A stretch of DNA of 64,000 nucleotides from Raja brachyura. Lineage: Eukaryota. The notes below the pieces were generated by a model. That model searched no databases. It saw only the letters and a program-made list of their open reading frames with translations, and had not been told where the DNA came from. A program made the position numbers and the translations under genes. Location of the stretch: assembly GCA_963514005.1 (NCBI GenBank), contig OY740792.1, positions 36,208,001 to 36,272,000 on the forward strand, given 5' to 3'. Numbering within the stretch: position 1 is the first letter of the stretch; every line of letters starts with the position of its first letter. Of this stretch, positions 12,031 through 23,249 are shown piece by piece.

Positions 12031-14676
12031 GGGATAGAGTCTTTGTAGGAAGCAGCGTGGGAGGAAGTGCAGTCAAGCTAGTTGTGGGAGTCAATGGGTT
12101 TGTATGTCTACATGAACTAAATCTGATCCTGTTTTTTTATGAAGATAATATTTAAGACCACTATTTTGTAATAGTTACTGGTATGTTAAGTAGTCACTGG
12201 AAAGCAGAGAAGTGAATAGCGAGCTTCAACAAACGTCCCAGTAGCCATCCGGGAGAAAGGTAGGCAATTAAGTCAAACTGCTCATAATGACAATGTTCCT
12301 AATAACTTTGATTTCTAGTGGGATGCAGACTGTGACCATCTAATGGGTATCTAATGCTGTGTTCTTGTTAAATATCTAAGCAGTTTATTTAAATGATTCT
12401 CTTCAATCTTCATCAGACACATTTGAGAAGCAGCAACACAGTTAAACTGATGCCCTGTGACACTCCTGAATGTTTTCTGTGTTAATTAAATGCTAGGTGA
12501 TGGAACACCTTGGGATTGGTCTCGGGTATTGAAAGATGTTGGTGAAGGAGGCATATGGTATGTTCGCCTTCATCGGTCGAGGCATTGAGTATACGAGTCA
12601 GGAAATTATGATGCACAGGCTCTTCGGCCCACAGAGTCTGTGCCAACCAGCGATCACCCCATACACGAGCATTATCCTACACACTAGGGGCAATTTACAA
12701 TGTTTAGCCTTTTAAAAATATTTAGGTATGTACATTGCAGGTTTAGAGGGATATGGGCTAAATGCAGGCATATGGGGCAAGCTTAGATGGGTCATATTGG
12801 TCGGCATGGACAGTTTGGGCTGAAGGGCCTGTTCCATGCTGCATGTCTCTGACTCTCACAAGCAATTGGATGGCTGCAGAGATGGATGCAAGTTTGCTTC
12901 ATTTGATATTATCTTTATTCATTGTAATGTACTCAATAATCTAAAGAGTTAGTGAAACAGGAAGTGGCTTCCGAAGTTCATTGGATCAAGTGCTAAACCT
13001 CAGCTGCAAGATGTTTGTGACCTGAACCCTGCCGAAGTCAGCAGAATAATAGAGGCAACTAGGCACCTTACCTCAAACTCAGAGACCCCGATTTTAAGTG
13101 TAAAGAGTTCAAACTTCAATTTAACTATGTAAAGGTTATCAGTAACATGTGTTTGATGCCCCCATGTGTCTTTAATATTAATCTTGAGACCTTGGTTTCC
13201 AGGAGGGAAAGATCGGGACCATATGTAAATAAAGCAAGCAGCAAATAAAATGCCGCCAAAAATGTTCGGCACAGTGACGTAGCGGTGGAGACCATGTTCG
13301 ATCCTGACAATGGGTGCTGTCCTTACGGAGTTTGTACATTCTCCCCGTGACCACATGGGCTTTCTTCAGGTGCTCTGGTTTCCCCCCCACCCCTCCTCCA
13401 AAGAGGTTCAGGTTTGTAGGTTTCTGTACGTTGTAAATTGTCCCTAGTGTGCAAGATAGTGCTAGTGCACAGGGTGATCGCTGGTCAGCGTTAAGTCATA
13501 AGGTCACAAGAAATAGAATTAGGCCATTCTGCCCATCAAGTCTACTCCACCATTCAATCATGGCTGATCTATCTCTCATTCTCCTGCCTTCTCCCCATAA
13601 CCTCTGACAACCTCCCAGTCGGTGGGCCGTAGGGCCTGTTTCTGCACTGTATCTCTAAAATATAAAGTCTAAAACAAATTGTGACAAACTGCTAAAGGAT
13701 CTCTGGGAACTAACTTTCTGTTTTATTCACAATTCCAGCATCTGCAATTCCTTGCGTCTCCATTTGACATTCTGGTGGTATATTTTAAATATCTATAAAC
13801 TAAACTTGAAACTAAACAATCTGTTCCTAAAAGTTAAAATACAACTTTCTATCATCTTCTCCTAATATATATTGTCGCCTGTACTTCCTCACTGTAAACA
13901 TTTCATACTTTTCTTTGAGCGATTGTTTAGTTTAGATATACAGGCCCTTTGACCCACCGAGTCCATGCCGACCATAAATCACACGTTCACACAAGTTCAA
14001 TGTTATCCCACTTTCTCATCCACTCCCTACACAGCAGGGGTGATTTACACAGGGCCAATTAACCTACAAACCCGCACATCTTTAGGATGTGGGAGGAACC
14101 CAGTGCAGCTGGAGGAAACCCAGGCAGTCGCAGTGAGAACGTGCAAACATCACATAGACAGCACCCGAGGTCAGGATCGAACCCGGATCGAACCCGGATC
14201 TCAAGCGTTGTGAGGCAGCAGCTCCACCAGCTATGCCACTGTGTTTAAGTTAACTTGGTTAAGGTAATCTTTAGAAACAAAGAACTTCAGACTGATCAGA
14301 ATGTGAAGAAGGGTCCCGACGTGAAACCCATGTTCTCCAGAGATTCTGCCTGATCCGCTGAGTTACTCCAGCATTTTGTGCCTTTTTCTAAAGGTAACCT
14401 TTGTCAGATTTCTTGACTGCCACTCCCTCTTCTGAGTTTAATTCACATGTCAGTCCGCTCTTGAAGCAAGAAATTCCAGTTCCAGCAGCCTGCTGTACAC
14501 AGCAACGTAATGAGTTCTCTCATCCTGATCTGCAGAATCCTTTTTCAACCACGAATGTACCAGCTGGGCTGTTTATGCACCAACACAAAGCATCCTCCAT
14601 ATCATGGCTGCAGTCTCCACAACTGATCTCGACAACTAGGGCAGCACGGTGGCACAGCTGTAGAGGTGTTGCCTTA

Positions 14677-14991
14677 AAGCCCTGTCCCACTGTATGAGTT
14701 CATTCAAGAGCTCTCCCGAGTTTGCCCCGATTCGAACTCGGAGATTTACGGTAACGGCCGCGTGTAGGTACTCGGGGCTTTCGTGGACATTTTTCAACGT
14801 GTTGAAAAATTTTCACAAGACTTCCGGAGTTTACTGTGTTTCCCGAGTACCTGCCATTAGCGTTACGAGCCGCTGAGACGTCCCCGAGCTCCGACGTACC
14901 CGCTACGTACACTCTATGTGCTTCCACAAGTTTGATATTTTTTTAAACTCGGGAGAGCTCTTGAATGAACTCGTACAGTGGGACAGGGCTT
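14677..14991. mobile_element. PIF/Harbinger-type MITE inserted in a V-SINE
   Basis: 47-bp TIRs (aagccctgtcccactgtaYgagttcattcaagagctctcccgagttt, 1 mismatch); TTA TSD (14674-14676 / 14992-14994). Confidence 0.9.
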
Positions 14992-16102
14992 TTACAGCAC
15001 CTAAGACAGGTTTGATCCCGATTATGGGTGCAGTCTGTACGGAGTTTATAGATTCTCCCCATGACCGTGTGGGTTTTCTCCGGGTGCTCCGGTTTCCTCT
15101 CACACGACAAAGACATGCAGCTTTGTAGGTTAATTATCTTTGGTAAAAATTGTAAATTGTCACTAGTGTGTAGGGTAGTGCTAGTGTATGGGGATCACTG
15201 ATCGGCGCAGACTCGCTGGCTGAAGGGCCTGTTTCTGCGCTGTATCTCTAAAGTCGAAAGTAAAGTTTTTATGTATTAACCACATCTGAAGTTCTTTGTT
15301 TCTCTATACATTGAAGCTATAGGTTATCGGAACAATTGCACCAGCAGATAGAGGATATTACCGTATACTTGGTTTCATACTGATGCAAATGATGTGCATG
15401 ATTAAATCTGCCGCCCACTTTTTAACCTCATTGGAACTACTGGCATGAGGTGATGTTGCAGATATCTGTCACACTACCAATCTCCTGCTGGGCCTCAGAC
15501 TGAGACTTGAACCATTTCCTCTCAACATGAGCAACATGGTGATGCTGTGGTAGAGCTGCTGCCTCACAGCGCCAGGTACCACAACGCAGGTGCTGTCTGT
15601 ACGTTCTCCCTGTGACCGCATGGGTTTTCTCTGGCTACTACAGGGAGAGGTTGGGCAGGCTAGAGCTTTATTCCCTGGAGCGAGGGAGGGCGAGGGGTGA
15701 TTTTATGGAGGTGTTCAAAATCATGAGTGGAATAGATAGGGTCTTTTACCCAAAGCAGGGGAATCAAGAACCAGTGGACAGAGGTTTAAGGTAAGAGAGG
15801 CAAGATTTAATAGGAACCCGAGGGGCAGCTTTTTCACACAGAGGGTGGTGGGTTTATGGAACCAGCTGCCAGAGACGGTAGTTGAGGCAGGCAAAATAAC
15901 TACTTTTAAAATACATTTGGACAGGTACATGGATAGGAAAGGTTTAGAGGGATATGAATCAAATGCAGACAAATGGAACTAACTTTGATGGGGTATATTT
16001 TTGCCGGCATGGACGTGTGGGGCCTGTTCCTGAGCTATATTACTCTATACTGGGCCAAATAATTACATCTATTTGTATATCCAAAGTACTTAATAAGTGA
16101 AG

Positions 16103-16205
16103 GGGGGGTTACACAAAAGGCTGGAGAAACTCAGCGGGTGCAGCAGCATCTAAGGAGCGAAGGAGATAGGCGACGTTTCGGGTCGAGACCCTTCTTCTAT
16201 CTCCT
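16103..16205 (-). mobile_element. ~100-bp Penelope-derived mini-element with decayed hammerhead
   Basis: 14-bp TSD cttaataagtgaag (16089-16102 / 16206-16219); same family as 11416-11513. Confidence 0.8.
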
Positions 16206-18406
16206 CTTAATAAGTGAAGTTCACTGAAAGTTCAGAGAGACCTAACCCACAAGCAATTACTAAACAAAGTCTGTTGAATATATAGATGCCACGGTTGTAG
16301 ATAACAAATATGTCGAAATGACTGCAGATAGACACAAAAATCTGGAGTAACTCAGCGGGTCAGACAGCATCTCTGGAGAAAAGGAATAGGTGACGTCAAA
16401 ATGACTGCGTTTGGCTGCACTATTCAGAGCAGCTACTATACAGACACAGTCACATTTTGCGGTGACAATTTCTGCATTTTTTTTGTGCCATTGAACTAGT
16501 ACCGACCTCCAAACCATTGAAGGGATCTACCGGAGTTGCTGCCTTAAAAAGACAGCCAGGGACCATCAGAGACCACTCCACCCTGGCCACGCTCTCATTT
16601 AACTCCTCTCATCGGGAAGAAAGTACAGGAGCCTGAAAACTGTACCGTCCAGGATCAGTAGCAGCTTCTTCACAACAACCATCAGGCTGTAACGCACACA
16701 CACACATATATATAATAAAGAAAGTTCAGAATATATAGTGTAATAAACAAGAAAAAGTTCAGTACTATATATTTATATATATTTATATATACTAAACTTT
16801 TTTTTGTTTATCATATTGTTTACAGAGTACTATGTTTACATATTCTGTTGTGCTGCTGCAAGTAAGAATGTCATTATTCCGTTTGGGACAATAAAACACT
16901 CTTGACTGAATTTGAGAATAAAGCACGAGGGAAGACATTTGGATTGATATATGAATAATCAAGGTTTGGAGGGATATGGGGGCAAAGGCTGGCAAATAGA
17001 TGCTGTCTGTGTGTGGAGTTTGCACATTCTCCCAGTGACTGCATGGGATTCCTCCAGGTGCTCCGGTTTCCTCCCACATCCCCAAAACATGCAGATTTGT
17101 AGGTTAATTGGCTTCTGTAAATTGTGCAGGGAGTAGATGAGAAAGTGGGATAACATAGAACTAGTACGAATGGATGATCAATGGTAAGCATAGTGGGCCG
17201 AAGGGCCTGATTCCATGCTGTATCTCTAAACTAAAAGCCAAAGCTGCCAGAGGAAGCTATTGAAGCAAATACAATTGTGACTTAGAGTCGGGCCATACAG
17301 TGTGGAAACAGGCCCTTCAGCCCATCTAACCAATATGCCCCATCTATGCTAGTACCACCTGCCAGTGTTTGGTCCATATCCTTTTCAAACATTACTATCC
17401 ATGTACCTGTCCAAATGCCTTTTATATGTTGTAAATGTAAATTACGACATGTAAATGTTAAATACCTGCCTCAGGTTGCCAACACTAACTACCTCCTTCG
17501 GTAGCTCATTCCATACACCCACCGCCCTCTGACTGAAAAAGTCACTCTTCAGGTTCCTTTTAAATCTTTTCCCTCTCACCTTAAACATATGTTCTCTGGT
17601 CCTTGATTCCCCCACCCTGGGTAAAAGACTGTGCATTCACCCTATCCATTCGTCGCATGATTAAATAAAACATTTGGACAAGTAATTGGATAGGAACGAT
17701 TTAAAGGACTATGGGCCAAATGCAGGCACATCGAGTCATAGAGTTGTACAGTGTGCCGACTAGGTCAGCACATACAAGGTGGTCCGAAGGGACAGGTTTC
17801 TATGACTCTTTGTGACCGATATTAATATCTCAATCATTTTATGCTGAAACTGTATAAAGAACTTGTGACATTTCATGCAAATACAAATGCAAGCCAGCGT
17901 TTCTCTGAGACGTTTAATAATTACTAGCACAGAAGACTTTAGCTCCTTGTTGCTGCTACATTCTGGTTTATAGCAGTCGGCAGGGGCAGTTCTACCAAAG
18001 GTGCGGCTTTAAGAGCCGTCATTATCCTGACAGGTTAAAACAAGGCGTGACAGCTCCCAGCATGGGCCATGGGTGCTCCGTCCACAAGGACTAACATGGT
18101 ACAACGATAAACTGGCTACTCACCAAACGAGAGAATCAGAGAGAATATCAGAAAGTTTGCAATCTTCAAAGAAGTCGAACGAGGCAACGCCATCCCTGTG
18201 AGTCCAGGCACCCGTCTGGGTTGTACTCAGTCGTTACAGAAGTTTCAGAAATAACTGGCAGTCTCTTTTAACCGCGACTTTGTGCAGCTGTTCTATGTAA
18301 AAAAAACACATTGCAGCCACAAGTTGTTTAACTTCTGCATCCCAGTTTGCTGCAGTCGCTTGGTGCTGCGAATGCAGGGACTAGTTAAACAAGGTGCACC
18401 TCGATG

Positions 18407-18410
<4 letters not shown>

Positions 18411-18444
<34 letters not shown>

Positions 18445-18454
18445 GGGGGGGGGG
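18411..18454. repeat. (TG)n microsatellite followed by a G run
   Basis: Directly visible; a second (TG)n at ~18953-18978. Confidence 0.9.
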
Positions 18455-19974
18455 TTGTTCTGTCAGCTTATGATCTCATTAGAATGTCAGCACTTCCGAA
18501 TTGGCTCACGGCGTCGATGCTGCAACTGTTGGTAAACTGGGCAGATGTCAACAGGTTTGTCAAACGCTGGGCGACTGCTGTGCTCTTTTTATGCCGGAGA
18601 CTGCCTTGTAAATCGGCTACGGGTTTAAAGGGCAAACATTGCACAGGAAATGGAGACGGCAGGCAAGGCAAAGGGAAATCCCAAGAGATTCCACGGGTAT
18701 TTTAGGAGTAACAGTGAGTGAGTGAGTGGTCATAAGGAATAGGAATAGCAGAATTAGGCCATCCGCCCATCAAGTCGACTCCGCCATTCAATCATGGCTG
18801 ATCTATCTCTCCCTCCCTGAGAGAATGGAGTGTGAGTGTGAGACAGGAGTGTGTGTGGGGGAGAGAGTGGCTTGTGTGTGTCTTCTGGGAAGACAGCCTG
18901 CATTAGGAGGTGGAAATCTACAGACTGTGGAAGAAAGCACAGATGTGAACACTGTGTGTGTGTGTGTGTGTGTGTGTGATTGGAGAGGGGGAGTGAGCAT
19001 CGCAGTAGGGGAATCAAGAACCAGTGGACATAGGTTTAAGGTGAGTGGAGAAAGATTTAATAGGAACCCGAGGGTCAACTTTTATTTACACTGTGGAACG
19101 AGCTGCCCGAGGAGGTGGTTGAGGCAGGTGCCGTAGCAACGTTTAAAAACTTTTGGACAGGTGGATGGATAAGTCAGGTTTAGAGGAACAAGGGCCAAAT
19201 GCGTGCAGGTGTGACTAGTGTAGATGCGGCATGTTGGTTACTAAGTGTACAAAGGCCATTCCCTGCGATAGGAATGGTGCAAACACATAGGTGTTCCCCA
19301 CACAACAACATGCAATGTGCTGCAGTATCTGTTTGACCACTGTTTATTTGCTCTAAGTAATCAGACGGGGGAATTCCACTGTTACACAGGATCATTCAAT
19401 GCCAAATGTAAATAAAACAAGAACATTCTCCAGGGGGAGGGCGGGCATCCGGAAGTCACAGAGTCATACAGCGTGGAAACATGCCCTTGGGCTCAACTTG
19501 CCAACACCGACCAAAATATCCCATCCACACTAGTCCCACCTATCTACGTTTGGCCCATATCCCTCTAAACCTATCAAACCCATGTACCTGTCTAAATGTT
19601 TCTTAAATATTGCAATAATACCTGTTTAACTACCTCCTCTGGCAGCTCATTCCATACACCCACCACCCACTTTATGAAAACGTTCAGGTTCCTCAGGTTC
19701 CTATTAATTTTTTTACCCCCTCACCTAAAACCGATGTCTTCTGGTTCTCAATTCCCCCACTCTGCAAACGAGTGTGTTTACCCAATCTAATCCTCTCAAG
19801 ATTTTATACATCTCTATAAGATCACCACTCATCCTCTCCTGCGCTCCAAGAAGTAGAGTCCTAGCCTGCTCAACTTCTCCCCATAGCTCAGGCTCTCAGG
19901 TCCTGGCAACATCCTTGTAAATCTTCTCTGTACCCTTTCCAGGTTAACAACGTCTTTCCTATAACATGATGCAT

Positions 19975-20488
19975 AAAACGTGGTCAAAGCTGCCATAGGG
20001 GGAGAGGGGGAGAGAAGGGGAGAGTGTGTTGCACAGGGCTGGTTTATGGGCTCGCCGGCCTCTTGCATTTTCTGCGGCAAGGTAGAGACCGTGTTCCACG
20101 TGTACATGTAGTGTGTGAAGTTTCTGCCGCTGTGCGAATATCTGAAGGGGCTGCTCCTCAAGTTCTGGTTGCATTTTAGTCCCACGATCCTGGTGTTTGG
20201 ACACAAGGTAGGGAGTGGGGAGGTCCGATCAGGGGGTTTTCCCTGTAGGCTTACTCCCAGGCCTAGCCAAGATGCCCATTCACGGGTCACCCCCATCCCC
20301 CCCCTCCCCCCCCCCCAACCCCCGCACCCCGCCCCCGTCTCCGTCCACCAACGTGGGGATTGTTTCCATAAATTCCATCATTTTCCTTGCGGGGGATGAT
20401 TGGCGCCTGCTCCGAGGTGAGCACCAATGCCGCACCCCCCCCCCCCCGGCGTTGGGGGACAGGGCCTAACGGGTCCCACTTGGTCTAG
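19975..20488 (+). mobile_element. Helitron 3' part containing a Tx1/L1 ORF2 zinc-finger fragment
   Basis: Ends ...aacgggtcccacttggtCTAG|T like the other copies; 20052-20230 reads SCIFCGKVETVFHVYM*C...LLLKFWLHFSPTILVFG. Left boundary approximate. Confidence 0.65.
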
Positions 20489-22352
20489 TGTCTCCATATA
20501 TTTCAACTGCCAAGGACAAAGAAAAATTATTAGCAATTAACTTTTTTTTAAATTGTGACTGACTATTCTGTATGCTGGTACCCATGCAGTCTACATTAAT
20601 AAGGCTTGGTTTTGGCATTAAAATCATGTTACTATCAAGGTCACATTTGTCTCACCAACCAGTAACCTTGGATTACAGCGTTTCATTGAACAATCCTGAA
20701 TGTCAAAACTTCCAGTGTTAATATATCATTTGCTATAGTAGGCTAGTGTTTTGCCTTACAAAATCATTAAATTTCTCTAGCTAAAGAGCTATGCAGTTTC
20801 TTTTAAAATTATACATGCACAGGACGACTTAAACCATGATATTTAATTGTAAAATATACAAAAATACAAACTTTAATATCACGTATTTTTATACTGTATC
20901 AAATTTTAATACCATGTGGTTTTATACTTTATCACGTGTCGGTGTATTGTGACAAAAGCAGAAATGACTCAACTCGGTTTAGAAACTGGATTTTCTAAAT
21001 GCCCTTAGAACATAGAACAGTACAGCACAGGAACAGGCCGTTCGGCCCACAATGTCTGTGCTGAACATGATGCCAAGACCTATTGTATAGGCCTGAACAT
21101 GATCCATATCCCTCTGCTCCGTGCCTATCCATGTGGTTGCTCAAAAGTCTTTTAAACACCATTATCTTATCTGCCTCCACCACCACCCCTGGCAACGTGT
21201 TCCAGGCACTCACCACCACTCTGTGAAAAACTTGTCCTGCACATCTCCTTTAAACTTTCCCTCTCCCACCTTAACACGATGCCCTCCAGTCTTTGATACT
21301 TCCACTCTGGAAAGTGGTTCTGACTGTCTATCCAATCTGTGCCTCTGATAATTTTATCTGCTCTTGTCAGGTGTCCCCTCAACCTCCACTGTCCCAGAGC
21401 AAACAATCCAAGTCTGTCCAACCTCTCCCTTTGAGCGGATACACCCTAACCCAGGCATCATACCAGATCCGTAATGTCACCTGTCCATTTTCTCCAGAGA
21501 TGTTGCCTGACTGGCTGAGTTACTCCAACATTTTATGTCTCTTATTATGGGCATGGTTACCCTTTGCAAAGCCTCCACATCCTTCCTGTAATGGGGCGAC
21601 CAGAACTGCACGCAATCCTCCAACTGCGGCCAAACCAAAGTCTTATAGAGCTGCGTCAGGACTATCTGACTCTTAAATACTGCTAAGTATGTGGTGCATG
21701 TGGTGCATATGCACAAGGCTTCCCAGCTACACATTATGAAATAGCTTGTTAAAATCCACTCTGACATTATAGGCACGTGATCAAGCCGTGAAGCGGGACT
21801 TGAGTGTTTTCTGACAGATGCACACCCAACTCATTCTAGTGAAGGTACACAACCAGATACGCCGCAGCGTGGAAGGGCGTCGTTGCTTCAAGGTACATTC
21901 CCAATCGCATGCATACAGCAGCAACTTTCCAGCATCTCCACGACAGCCGACCTCAGAAGTGTAAAAACACACCTCCAGATTCAGGGACAGTTTCTTCCCA
22001 GCTGTTTTCATGCAATGAACCATCCTACCAACAGCCAGAGAGAAGCCCTGTCCTCCCATCTACCTCATTGGAGACCCTCGGACTATCTTTAATCAGACTT
22101 TACTGAACCTTATCTCGCACTAAACATTATTTGCTTTATAGACACAAAAAGCTGGAGTAACTCAGCGGGACAGGCAGCACCTCTGTAGAGAAGGAATGGG
22201 TGATGTTTCGGGTCGAGACCCTGATGTGCATAAGGGGGCCTGTGTTTGGATGACAGGTGAATCACTCGTGCATGGCATCAGCAGCACACGCACGCTGTTG
22301 TATCAGATCTAGGATCTGTCTGTAAGCGTGGCCCACTGGTGATTACAGAGTA

Positions 22353-22450
22353 CAGATGCTCCTCGACTTACGAAGCTTCAACTTACGATATTTCAACTTT
22401 ACGATAAACATTCAGTAGAAACCATACTTCGAATTTTGATCTTTTCGACA
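22353..22450. mobile_element. Tigger/TcMar-like terminal fragment
   Basis: TA followed by CAGATGCTCCTCGACTTACG with repeated acttacga; second TIR not found. Confidence 0.5.
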
Positions 22451-22812
22451 AACCAGGCGTGCAACTGATTAACAGAAAGTAACAGGACATCAACCAACTC
22501 ACCCAAGTCCAGGGGCAATTCGTTGACCGACTCGGCCGAGGCTGGGTGAATGATAGACAATGGACAATAGACAATAGGTGCAGGAGTAGGCCATTCAGCC
22601 CTTCGAGCCAGCACCGCCATTCAATGTGATCATGGCTGATCAACCCCAATCAGTACCCCGTTCCTTCCTTCTCCCCATATCCCCTGACTCCGCTATCTTT
22701 AAGAGCTCTATCTAGTGCTCTCTTGAAAGTATCCAGAGAACCGGCCTCCACCGCCCTCTGAGGCAGAGAATTCCAAAGTCTCACAACTCTCTGAGAAAAA
22801 GTGTTTCCTCGT

Positions 22813-23249
22813 CATGATGAGTTGGCCCGGGTGCTGAGGAGCTTTGGCCAGGGCCGTGCGCCGTCACGCGCAAAGTCCAGCGCTCGGGCCAAAACTCCTC
22901 AGCTGGCCCGCCAGCTGGGCTTTGTGTTCTGTTGCACGCAGAGTCCAGCACCCATCCAACTCATGAACCAATGATCGGCCATGAGAAGGAGGGGTGGTGG
23001 CGTCAGCGGTAAGCAAAGGTCCGAAGGTCGGACTGCTGGCCGGGCTGCCGACCGACGCGGCCACGGGCGAGGCGCTGCTGCCGCACAACGTCGGGACAGG
23101 TGAGGCGGGGCCGGATGCGGCGCTCCGACCCGACTGCCCCCTCGACCTGAGTAGTAGCAGTCAAATATGGGACCAGGACAATATGGGACAAACCAATTTA
23201 GCCCAATTTACAGGATGTCCTGGCTAATACGGGACAGTTTGCAACCCTA
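22813..23249. mobile_element. GC-rich hAT-type (TAGGGTTGC-ended) non-autonomous element, right end
   Basis: Ends acgggacagtttgcaacccta with subterminal gggac repeats; CpG-rich body; CR1 tail inserted at ~22553-22812. Confidence 0.55.

Noticed and set aside
13000-13072. RCLVASIILLTSAG as a signal peptide; strong donor at 13070-13071
   Set aside because: No in-frame ATG or good acceptor, no phase-1 donor after it, and the phase-1 frame ending at the strong donor contains stops.
22860-23150. CpG-rich stretch as a CpG-island promoter
   Set aside because: Lies within a hAT-type element body ending at 23249.
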